NCBI GenBank assembly: GCA_015680685.1 | Contig: MNCI01003410.1 | Coordinates: 284,508 to 348,507, forward strand | Direction: 5' to 3' | DNA length: 64,000 nt | Source of the DNA: Gnetum montanum | Lineage: Eukaryota; Plantae; Gnetophyta | In this document: in pieces, positions 1 to 11,700 of the stretch | Layout of the letters: every line of letters starts with the position of its first letter | How positions within the stretch are numbered: position 1 is the first letter of the stretch | Made by a program: the position numbers and the translations under genes | The notes under the pieces: generated by a model | Seen by the model: only the letters and a program-made list of their open reading frames with translations | Database searches by the model: none | Told to the model about the DNA's origin: nothing

Positions 1-1007
1 TCTTGGTTATGTGTAGTATGCCGCTGACTATCTCTTGTGTTAGTCCTAGGCGGTGAAGTGCTCTTAGGCGAAGAAGAAGACATCTTGTCTTGTTTGGTAT
101 GCAATGTACCATTGTCTTGTCCTTCTTTGATTAACCCTAAGGTTCATTCTAGCATCCCAACAATATGAATGATTTCCTATGTTCAACGTAGCACACAAAC
201 AACTAAGTCCCCGGCAATGGCGCCAATGATGAGTGGTGAGGTACCCCTACACTCAACCATACGAATACGAGCATTTCACACGTCATCCGGTCAAATTCCA
301 AGGACTAAGTGCTTACGCGCCTTAATGGAACACTCAGGGTTAATCAATCGATGTCTTCCCAAACTTACTTGTATTGTCATGGTTGTATGGTTAAGTAAGC
401 TTGAGGTATATGATTTTTATAACTTTTATCTTTTTATGTCTTCTACTAATAAAGGAGAGGGAGAGAGAACTAAGTGGCTAATTTATCTTAACTCTTCATT
501 AACTAGTTTCTAATTGTTCCTAATACTAGTATCTATTCCCACTTGCTGTTCACATCCTGAACCAGTGCAACACTGCTGGGATTACCAAATGCTAATCGTT
601 ACTGGGTTACCAAGCACTACACGCATGCTTGAAGCGGTCATACTGAGTGTACTTAACTAAGAGGGTCAAAGGTTGAGAGAGAAATTAATTAACTAGGAAA
701 GCATTAAACATTCAACAATAATTAATTACTAATTAGCTTAATCTGTATGCTACAAGGTTTATCATAAAGTTTGTCTTTATTTCCGTACACAAATGTGTGC
801 TTAGGTACAAATTGCTCGAATAAAGATCCGTTCACTCTATGACTCCTACTGTGGGCACACAGAAATTATTCTAACTCTGGAATGACTAAACTGCAAGAAT
901 TTGGCTAAGGGTCAAACTCTTACTACCCTGGAACAAAGGGCGTCGCCTCTTATTTATAGAAGATGAGGTAAGACGCGATATTGCATATGCGATATCATGG
1001 CTCATCA
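1..1007 (-). mobile_element. 5' end of Athila-like Ty3/gypsy element (LTR variant A 227-1007, PBS 208-225, start of gag leader); runs off the left edge
   Basis: LTR bounded by TGATGAG (227) and CTCATCA (1001-1007); minus-strand TATAAATA near 951-958; PBS TGGCGCCATTGCCGGGGA (17/18 to plant tRNA-Asp 3' end). 1-207 aligns with 62606-62775 (MSSSSPKSTSPPRT vs MPSSHKSNSPPKD). Confidence 0.85.
208..225 (-). promoter_or_regulatory. tRNA-Asp primer-binding site
   Basis: Minus strand TGGCGCCATTGCCGGGGA, one nt after the LTR end. Confidence 0.85.
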
Positions 1008-3371
1008 GTTGGCATATCGTAGGTTTGCCAACTCCATGTACTCTATGAGGTCTTGGATCTGCAGGTGTCGGCTCTTAACTTCTGCCTGGTGGGCAAACGC
1101 GTATGTGTCCACTATGGCCCACCAGTCAGTGTGTTGAGCACTGAGAGCATTGATGTGGGCCTTGGCCATATGGATCTCCTTCTCGATGATTTGTTTATAC
1201 ATCCCCACTTGGTTCCAAAAATTCTCCTTCAGTTTCTCATGTTGTTTAGCCTCATTTTGCCACGTGCTTAGTTCAATGGCCATCTTTTGACAGATGGCGT
1301 GTACTTCCTCCATTGAGAGGGTTTGATTTTCCTTGGCTAAATAGTTCATGTCCTGGTTGACCCTGATTAGTTATTCTCGCAACTGTTGCAAATGTTCTTC
1401 AGGAACATTCTTTTGTTTCTCCATAGAGGTCAACCGAAGGTTGTCAACACCAAGTTGTTTGTTCTCCTCTTGTAAGGCTTTGAGTGCCTTGGTGTGCATG
1501 TAAGTTTACGCTTGTGCCACAAAGGCATCCCAAACAGCCTTATCTTTTTCTTCTACCACCCTTTTATTCTTTGTCAACAGTTTAGTAAGTTGCTCAGTTC
1601 TAAAAGTGTCCAGCTAGTCTGCGGGAACGAATTGAGAAGGATTCCACTGTGCTGCTTGTAGGGTCATGATATTTTCTTGCAATCTTTGCACTTCTGCTTC
1701 AACGTGCTCAATCCTCATCTCTGTGAAGACTAGCTTCCCTTTGGTGGAAATGAGGTCTGATTGTATTGTTGTAACATCATGTGGGATGTCAAACAAGGAC
1801 ATCATTACCTATCCAATTTGTAGCAATCAGTTAAGTACATCCTCATGTTCTGCAAGAGTCATTGAGGTACTGGCCAGAGTTTGAGCATCCCGTGCTCTTG
1901 TAAGATTTTCCAGTGGCATAATAGGGACATTGAATGATTCTTTAATGTGGTCTGCGATCACTTTTGCAGCTCCCACTATATCTTGGTGCTTCATAACCAC
2001 CACCATGGCCCCTTCACAAATTTCTAACTGCACCTGAAAGGACGTAGCATTCCCTAAAATTTGTTGTGACCAAGCGCTCTCTCTTCCTCCTGTCTAAATG
2101 GACACTTCACCCCGTGCATGATCTATAGAAATTGTAGGTTGTACAACATCATCAATGACGCAAAAGAGATTTGCGTCATCACAACTTCCCCAACTGACTG
2201 TCTAAGTGATGGCCTTGAGATGGCTCATCGATGATCTGTAATCTTGCGGTGGTGGCAGTGGTTGATCTTGCTGGCCCGTGATAGGCCCTACTTCTTATTG
2301 TTGGCTAGGTCCTATGCTTGGAAGTTGGTTGGCTCCTGCAAGTTGAGTTGTAGTTGGCCTTGTCGTATGTTCTTTTTCTTGTTCTAGTCCCAACGTCTCA
2401 CCAGTGATTTTCCTTGCAGCTTGTGGCTTTAGTAGTTCAGCATACAAAGCATTTTGGGCTTTTTAGAGGACATCATTAGTGTATCCTTTGATNGAAGCAT
2501 TTTGGGCTTTTTAGAGGACATCATTAGTGTATCCTTTGATACCAGCACGTCTGCACAGCTTCCTGATAAGAAAAGGGAAAGGCAATGTAAACTTCCCTGT
2601 CTTCCATTCTTTGAACCGCCTTAGGATCTTCGTAAAATATAGATGAGGCAGGTTAGCATTAACTTTTCCCATCAACACTGCACATCCTCTTGCTGCATAT
2701 GTTGAAATTATTTTTAAATCTTTTGTGGGGAAGATGTGATAAGTCCCTATTTTGAAATAAATTCTCTCTTCTGTCGTCAGCTCCCCAAAGGTCTTATCTT
2801 CCTTGTCGTATGTCCTTTCTAACCAAACTCCTTGCCCATCAGGGTCTAAAAAAGTGGACAACTGAGCAACCTTTGGCCTTGTATTCGAAAGGTTTAATAC
2901 TTCTGAAATGGATTGAATAAAGAAATTAATAGTCACACCACAAATGTTAACAATGGTGCCTTGTTCTTTGTTGTGCCAAAATTGGTACGTTTCCCCTAAG
3001 TATAAGAAACCACTTTCAGAGAGGGGAGGCCATAATGGGGATCCTTTGAGGTGATTCCTAACGGTCTCCAGAACAAATTCAGTGAAATGTCCAAAGTTTA
3101 ATTCCATGATCACTGCAGTAAATATGGACCTTTCATGGATGGCTTGAACATAATCCTGGGGCAATGTGAGATGTCGTCCCTGTTCAAACGCTGCAGCAGC
3201 TCCTCCTTCCGCCTGCCTTGATTGTATAGTAGCAATGTATTCTTGGTGGGTACTAAATGATTGTTCCTCCTACTCTGCATGTTATCCAGCAAGAACTTGT
3301 CCTTCACTTTTCCTAGGTTGTTTGATTCCACCTTGAGCAGGACCTTCCTGTTGTCCACGTTTTGGTACCAT
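1005..3371 (-). pseudogene. Athila env-like / 'putative plant transposon protein' ORF with long coiled-coil C-terminus, degenerate
   Basis: ATG at 3371 (MVPKRGQQEG, two in-frame stops) is in frame with ORF 2511-3164, which carries ICGVTINF...ISEVLNL, HIFPT and LPFPFLIRKLCRRAGI motifs typical of Athila env-like proteins. Heptad/charge-rich fragments follow (1827-2033, 1614-1805, 1005-1349). Confidence 0.65.
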
Positions 3372-6300
3372 CTACAATTACATGGGACCAATTGTTAGTA
3401 AGGTTGTTACCAAAGTTAGGTTATACCTTATTGCTTGCCTTAATGCATTTGTTTTATCTCCATGTGATGTTAATTATTAGGAGAGAATGTTCCCGAAAGA
3501 TTATAATATTTAATCCTCTTTACTTAGGTGGTTTCCAAATCTAGTTTCCTGGTATAACTAAGGAGATGAAATTTTTTTTGGCACATTTTTCCTTAATTTT
3601 ATAGCTAATTACCCTTGATAATGTCCTTCGGGTGATGATGAATTTCAAAAAATTTATGCACTATTCAGCGTGTGCCCCTCCCCCACGACTAAGCTGAACA
3701 CTCCAGGTTCAAGTAGGTTCAAACGGAATGAAAATCGGAGGACTAGCGAGCGAGTTATGGATATGAAAGCAAGGGACGCACAATCACAAGTTGTAGAGAG
3801 AAATTTGAAAAACTCCCCCTGTGTGAACAGTTGAAAATTATGTTAAGTAGCGCAGGGGGGTTGCATATATATATATTTTTAGGACACAATATCATGGCCT
3901 ATCGATGTTAAGGCATTATGGAATGTATCGATTTTTTTAATATTTTTCTGAAATTAATGATGTAAACTAAGGACATCTAGATGAGTGTTAAAAGGTTCCA
4001 GGGTAATTCAACTATTTCTGAAGGCACGAAAATTATGATGGTGTGGAATTTATCAATAAGGACCTCGGGTGATAAGGGAGAGAAAAAGGCTATGTGATGG
4101 TTCATAGGAACGTTTGAATCGGAGGGATAGTAATAAGGGAAAGAATATCGTTGAAAATGCACTGAGGGTAATAGATGGTGTGTGGAAGATGTGTTATCAC
4201 AGCAAACTACAAAAAATTACACAAGTGGGTCCTCCCCAAAGCAGGTTCCTACCTATAATGCCCTTGCGTAACCACACCTTAAAATGTACGTAGGCACTAG
4301 AAGGGTTAAATGTAATCTACACTGGTTCCACAAAACATACACATGTAAGTATCACTGGAATGAGGTAAGAATTCTATGCTATACGAGACATGAGCTACAA
4401 TTACATTAACAATGAGATGAGACAAACTATAGAAGGGATTGTAGAGATTGGAACATGAGATAACTGACCCAAGGCGCAATGAATCCTACATGTAAAGCAT
4501 GATTAATGTGTCATTAACCTGTTGTTCCAAGATCAGGATCAAGTTCATTCCTCTCATCAGTAACTCCGCATTGTTTCATCCCATGATGAGTGACTATGAG
4601 AGTACCATAACAACAAGGTATATGATCACTTGGCATTTGGTTCAAGGGAGGAGTGAATTTTGCTTTGTAGCACTTTCTTTGTCTTCTTTTTTTTTCTCGT
4701 TTTTTTTTCGATTGGTAAATCTAGAAAAGCCGCCAACCTTCAGGCATGGGTGCATGTCTTTCCAGTGGGACCCCCTATAACAGCATTGGATTTTTGAGTG
4801 CCTTTTGATTACTCTTACTCCCATTTGGCGTTAGATCTTCAAAGATCTTAGTACAACCATGTTGCGTGATGACTCTCACAGACATCACCAAAGAGAATTC
4901 ACAAGTTCCCTTGATGTCACATCCTAATCATTCCCTCTTGATCCATCCCTCTTCATTCTGGGTAAAATGAACACAAAATTAATTGTAAGTTTTAAGAATG
5001 TAAAGAATATCATTGTACCCTCGAATAGAACCTCTTATTTGTAGAATGGATGAGTGGGTGTAATGTGCTCACTGTCCAAATAATTGATCACTTGAGACTC
5101 GATAACATAGAACACACCTCAACCAACGAGCCACATGAGTGTTTTATTCATAGATGAGATTACTTATAAAAAGATAAAAAGACAAAAAGACAAAAAGATA
5201 AAATAAGAAATTGAAAAATGAAAAACTGGAAAACAAAAAATTGTAAAATTAAAGGAAATGAAAAATATTTATTAATCTTGCTTGTTATTAGAATGGGGGA
5301 TATCCCTCATAACTAAACGGTTGAGCATGATGAGGATTAATAATTGAAAGATGAGAATCCTTGCATGTCAGAAATATTGAAACTTGGTCATACTTACCCC
5401 ATTGGGGTTCACACACCTGATTATAGTAAGCATAGTGGGGCAATTAATAAGATGTGGTTCTTGGATAAAGAGTTCACCCACTATGATACTTGAGACTGTA
5501 AGATGGCATGCAAGGATCGAGATGTCGCCCTCCATGGCTGTATTCATTGGGCTATATGGTTGTTGCAGTGTTAATTGGTGGCCCTGATGAAGTAACACGA
5601 GGCATCAGGTTCGAGGAGAAGGATGCACCATAGTGTTGGACTTGTGCTGAGTTNNNNNNNNNNNNNNNNNNNNNNNNNNNNNNNNNNNNNNNNNNNNNNN
5701 NNNNNNNNNNNNNNNNNNNNNNNNNNNNNNNNNNNNNNNNNNNNNNNNNNNNNNNNNNNNNNNNNNNNNNNNNNNNNNNNNNNNNNNNNNNNNNNNNNNN
5801 NNNNNNNNNNNNNNNNNNNNNNNNNNNNNNNNNNNNNNNNNNNNNNNNNNNNNNNNNNNNNNNNNNNNNNNNNNNNNNNNNNNNNNNNNNNNNNNNNNNN
5901 NNNNNNNNNNNNNNNNNNNNNNNNNNNNNNNNNNNNNNNNNNNNNNNNNNNNNNNNNNNNNNNNNNNNNNNNNNNNNNNNNNNNNNNNNNNNNNNNNNNN
6001 NNNNNNNNNNNNNNNNNNNNNNNNNNNNNNNNNNNNNNNNNNNNNNNNNNNNNNNNNNNNNNNNNNNNNNNNNNNNNNNNNNNNNNNNNNNNNNNNNNNN
6101 NNNNNNNNNNNNNNNNNNNNNNNNNNNNNNNNNNNNNNNNNNNNNNNNNNNNNNNNNNNNNNNNNNNNNNNNNNNNNNNNNNNNNNNNNNNNNNNNNNNN
6201 NNNNNNNNNNNNNNNNNNNNNNNNNNNNNNNNNNNNNNNNNNNNNNNNNNNNNNNNNNNNNNNNNNNNNNNNNNNNNNNNNNNNNNNNNNNNNNNNNNNN

Positions 6301-7925
6301 NNNNNNNNNNNNNNNNNNNNNNNNNNNNNNNNNNNNNNNNNNNNNNNNNNNNNNNNNNNNNNNNAGTGCATAATATCTTTCTAAGGCCATGTCCAAGGGT
6401 TCATGTTGTGCTTGTTTCCACTCTTGGATTTGTTTCCTGAAGGCCAACACTCTTGTGTAGGTTTGATATCTTTCGTTAAAGAGTTCTACCATTGTTGGCC
6501 AACATCATATTGAATTTGGTTTTAATGATCTATACCATACTTTTGCTTGGCCAACAAGTGTCATAGGAAAGAGCTTGAGTTTTTGCCAACTGTTATCAAT
6601 GTTGTTCCATGTACAAGCATTGTAGAAGGCTTGTAAATATTGTTGAAAATCGAAGTCATAGCCTCCTAAGAAATTGGAAAAGTTGTTTAAATCGAGCCTA
6701 GGTAGGCGGCTCTCTTTACGATGCCTACAGGAGATTCGAACAGCCTCTTGTATTTGTGTTAGGCTTGTAGTGGCCAGTAGGGGTTCATCATCATTGAGTA
6801 AGTTATGCTTTCATGCATTGGGACGATGCTGCCTTCATTTATGTTTATAAGAAACTCCCACCTCAGATTGCGTACTCCAATCTTCATTATCATATAATTC
6901 GTTGGTTCTCCAATGAATTGCCTCACTAGATGTGGCATTACCGTAGTCTTGTAGGAGAGGCATGGTTGTGAAGTTGTGTGTGAATTCATATGTGACTTTT
7001 TTTTTGTAATTATTTCTTCCTAAAAAATATATCGTTAATTCCTATACAATAACCTTTTATGATATAACTAATCTAGATAACTTGCATCGTTCGTAGCAAC
7101 GATGCCAAGGATGAGTGGTGGGGTACCCCTACACTCAACCATACGAATGCGAGCGTTTCACGCATGATCCGATCGAACTCTGCAGATGCACTAGTTGTGG
7201 TATCTAGACAGTTACTCGTAGATCGCAGTTCATTGTCTTCCCCCTTGGACTAGTATTAGCTTTGTCACGTATGGTTTAGTCTAGAGTGAGATGTATGATG
7301 TGTTCCTACACTAATGCTACTCCTGGGGATGATGGGAAATAATATCAACTAAACTAGGAGAGAGAGAGTGGAGAATCTAAACTAGCCTAAGTGCGATGAG
7401 TATCTATTCCTTAATCATCCGTACACATCTTGGACCTCGTGCACAACTACCACTGGGATTACCAAGCGCATGGCCTAGGTACGCTACTAGGTTACCAAGT
7501 AGTCACACTTAAATGCTTATGATTAAGTCGTACTCATTCCATGTTACTAGGAGATAAGGGTAGAGAGATATTAACTAAGAAAGTAGTAATTAACAATAAC
7601 AATTAAATAATTAAGCTAAGTGGATGCGGCAATGATGAAGTAATCTTGATCTTTATTGCCGATCATGTGCGTGTCCAAGTACGTCACACTCGAATAAGGA
7701 TGTTGTATGATTACAATCATCACACTATGGGCATGCACTGGGAGAAAAGGGTTGAGAGGAAAAATTGACAAAAAGTCCCTACCTTCGTACTAAAATACAA
7801 AACTTAAACTTAAAGAACTCTATGAAATCTGCCTACCTCTTCTTTATAGATGAGGAGACAGGCTACGATATCGCGTACGCGATATCATGGGTGCGATATT
7901 GCAGCCAACAATTCATTACTCATCA
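1008..7925 (-). mobile_element. Athila-like pol-less element, copy B1 (5' LTR 7109-7925, degenerate PBS 7091-7107, gag, non-coding spacer, env-like ORF); 3' end cut by the variant-A insertion at 1007
   Basis: LTR similar to those at 31238, 38490 and 59831; internal 4150-5650 aligns with 32960-34460 and 6800-7080 with 38185-38460; Athila-type PPT-like TTTGGGGAG on the minus strand at ~4232-4240. Confidence 0.8.
5288..6962 (-). pseudogene. gag of element B1 (retrotransposon gag domain), partly in N gap
   Basis: KLFPMTLVGQAKVWYRSL...MVELFNERYQTYTRVLAFRKQIQEWKQAQHEPLDMALERYY; P/Q/Y-rich tail ending in a stop near 5288. Confidence 0.7.
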
Positions 7926-8721
7926 ATGTTCAAAGAGATATATTATGTTAAGGCACATGCCACTTGGAAGTGGTGTTAGTAGCTAATAAGTTGATGATAA
8001 TATGAAATAAGTACCACTTTAAAAGGAGATATGGAGTAAGATTTAAAAGGAGATACGTGCTAAAATTTTCAATGAGGTGTTGGTTTAGCTAAAAGAGTCT
8101 TGGCTTGGTAATCTGCTCAATTCACTATGCAAAACTAAGTTATAAATTTTTAAAAAAATCTCATAAAAGAAATTCTAAAACTAGTTTGGTAGTGTTGATG
8201 CGTAAATATGGGTCATGTCGTGACACCTTCGAAAAACTTGTTTTAAGAGACTATTGCCTATGGTGCCTCTTATATGGGTACGAAACTAGGGAATAGTCTT
8301 AGCTTGTCAGGCCAACGTAGTGCTTCATGTTGTTAAAGGGACAAATATAATTAATTTAATTAAGGTTCTTTTGAACATAAGTATTAAACTGAGAAAGAAA
8401 TTTTTAAACAAACTTTGAGACTTAGACATAAATTGTAATAGATTCTGAAACTGGAAAGAAAATAATTGGAATTCAAAGAAAGTAGCATTGAAATAAAATA
8501 ACAAAATAAACTAAAATAAAAAACTTTATTATCAAATATTTATGTGAGGTTGACTTCTCATGAAGTTTCAAAATTGTAAACCTAGTTTAAAATGATAACC
8601 CAAACTTACAAAAATGACAACTGAAGTTTAAAATTTAGAAAGAACAAGGGAAATTGAACAAGAAAGGACACAACACTTAGCTCATTATAGAGCCTCAAAT
8701 CTTTGCTGCTAGCTTTGAGGG

Positions 8722-11700
8722 TGTTGATACCATCATTGCCCATACTAAAGCATGGGGCCATGTTTAAATATGTTTGAACACCATGAAAATTAAATGTCCT
8801 AAAGGTATGCTGAATCTTGCAAATGGATTGAATTGTCAATAAAATAGGCCTATGGATCCTCATCAGTGCAATAATAATAAACTTGAGATTTGAATGAAAC
8901 TTTGCTGACTTGCTTACATCTTGTGATTTTTGTGTGCAAGTTATAGGTGGGATTAGATTCTAAGGGGGGACATTGTGACCTGTCTCATTTAGAAGAATGG
9001 TAAAAAATATACATTGATATACTTTGGCATTACATAGATAGCATAGCATGATAAGTTTTCATTAAAATCTTTGCTTATTTTAATGGTATATTATAAGTAA
9101 ATAGGTGATAGCAATAAGTTATTATTAAATCCTTTGCCTACATTAATAATGGTTATAGTAAGTCATTATCAAATCCTTTGCATATGTTAATGATCAACCC
9201 ATCAAGAAAAGTAAAAATATACTTGTAGAAAATTGGCATGATTGACTATCTTAATGGTTATGGAAATAAGTGCTACTGCAGCATTTCTTGGATGGTTTTG
9301 CTTCACTTTGAAACTGTTATTATTGTAGACCATAGCAGCAGCGTTTCAACCACAAAAAAATTGTAGATTGTTATAAAAATCAATGAGTAGGGCGCATGGT
9401 TGGGCCTCATCACTGTGTATCCTCCAGAAGAATGAGCTTTCCAAAGCCCTCAAACCACACCCCAAATACATGTTTGTGGACTTACGTAGAAGGATATTTC
9501 GAATAGGAATTATCTACAATAGAGAGGTTATTTATGTTAGATGTGGCATGGCATTGATGAATGCGATAACCAACATAATGCTGGATGTGGCAAGAGTTAT
9601 GCGGTAACATGGGCATTCATGGTGATAATTATGGGTAGTAGTGGCACATGTTATGAGTGGGCATTTGAACTACGAGTTTGAGGTAGCAACTACGGGGAAA
9701 TAAAGGGGGTCTCTTGGCTTAGAAAGGGGGATCAGATTCGGGGGGCACTAGAGGAGATTGACAAAGGACTGTAGATAGCATCTCTTGGCCTCTCCTCTCC
9801 CTCTCATCACCAAGGTGTAGCCATCAAGGACTTTCCTCTCTTGGGCCAGTGAAACTAGCAGATGGTAGTTTCTGCAGCAGGCAGCTGGCTCCCTTTCCTT
9901 TGTCATTGGCAGTGCATGTGACACAGTGCAGGCATGGTAGTAGCAACAAGTGCCTTAACGACAGAAACAAGCACATTGGTCCTCTTCTCCCATCCGCCTA
10001 ACGATGCACGACAGTGAACCAATGGTAGCTGTCTCACATGTCTACATGGAGAAGTCAACATAGCGATGTTGTAGTGGTGGTGGCATACACACAAGCACTG
10101 ACAACAGCACTAATGGTCTCTCCTAGCTTGGCTATCTACCTCAGTGGCTTAATCAACAGCAGATGGTCTTTATTTTGTCTCCTCTTCTCTGAATGGCAGC
10201 AGGTAGTCCTCCTCTCTCACATTATAGGCAACTACAGTAGGTGGATGGTGGTTAGCGAGGTTTTCCCTCTCTCTCTCTCTCGAACTGACAATAGCAACTA
10301 CAATAGTAGTAGCAGAGAGGCAACACCTTCCCATAGTGAGAACGATCTCTCCCTCTCTCTCTCTCCCTCTCTCAGCAACTACGAGTAGTGTTGGTTGTAG
10401 CAACGTCCATGATGGACTAGTGGCATGAACCGGCAACAACAACGGGGAACTAGGAAAATTTTAATTTTAATTTTAAAGTTAACTATTTTATTTACATGAA
10501 GTCTTGGAATTCGAGACTATTATTCAATTTAAATTCCCCAACTTTCAATTTAATTTACCATTTTTTGCAACATCACATAGCCCTCTCCAGCTGAGACTAT
10601 TCCCAGGTTTTCATACCCATATTGGAGGTGCCTTAGGCAATAGTCCCCTCAACTGAGCTTTCCCCTAAGTGTTGATGCATCCAAAATTTATGCATCAACA
10701 TCTTTTTAGTGCTAGAAGGAGTGCCATTTTTCCATCCTTTTGTTTTCCCATATTAGTTTTTCTTTCCATTTTCTTGTACCTATTTTGTTTCTTGATCCTA
10801 TTTCAGAATTTATTTAATTTTTTTCATTAAAAAAATCTCTATTTTCAGCCCTTGTCTTGAAAAATTCTTTTTTAAAGAATTTTTGAGCCCTTTTATTTTC
10901 CATTTTCAAAAGTTATCTCTTGAAAATTTTTAATTCTTATCACCCATTTCTAATCCTTTTTTTAAAAAACCCTCATTTTCCTATTCCATTTTTAGATTTG
11001 TGTTTTGGTGGTCCTTACCTAAGTCCTAACTTTGGTAAGGTGGTTTTATTAATTATTTAATTTAAAAGTTATCTTTTTGAAATTTTTCACTTTACTGTTT
11101 TTCTTTTAAATTTTATAATTGTTGCAATTTTATGCATTTATTTTTCTTTCAATTTTTATAAAATAGCATATTTTAGTGTTATTTTTCTCTATCAAAAAAT
11201 ATTATTACAATATTTCTTTTTCGTTTTCTTAATTTTATAAATTTATTTTAATACTTATATTATGTAATTTTTCATTTTATGAGCGAACTCTCTTCTGCCC
11301 CTAGTCGACCAACTACACATCACTTTACATTAAGGAAACAAAGAGCTTCACGTTTTCCAAGTTTTATTCTTAGGAAAACTCAGACTAGGATGTAGGCAAT
11401 CAACCCCTGGCTCCCTTGGTAAACAATCCCTTTAACTTTGCTAATTATCATAACATCCCAAAATCACTTCAGAACATAAACTTGTTCTTCAACCCCACAA
11501 CCCTTACTAGTGATGCTTGCCAACATATACAATGTTTTGAAACCTTACTAAGGATCCACAACATTGTCCAAAATGACATAGCATGTAGGGTCTTTGTGAT
11601 GAATTCCAGGAGCAAAGCCACCTAATGGTTTTTGATGCTTCCTAATGCATCCACTGACTCACGGCAGGAGTTTAAGAATAAGCTCCTAATTTAGTTTGAC

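Noticed and set aside
2447-2540. Short direct repeats around single Ns (also 31346 and 38532; single-N joins at 19868 and 60281)
   Set aside because: Typical unmerged contig overlaps, so probably assembly artefacts.
5571-6492. Long X-filled ORFs (also 21632-22033, 38448-38962, 62731-63423)
   Set aside because: They are open only because of N gaps.
208-7925. Two elements sharing one LTR at 227-1007
   Set aside because: That LTR is a different variant from 7109-7925, has no PPT before it and cuts an ORF, which fits a nested insertion better.
9300-10450. ORFs within the Tat-like LTRs as captured genes
   Set aside because: Frames are not preserved between the two LTRs and no domain was recognised.
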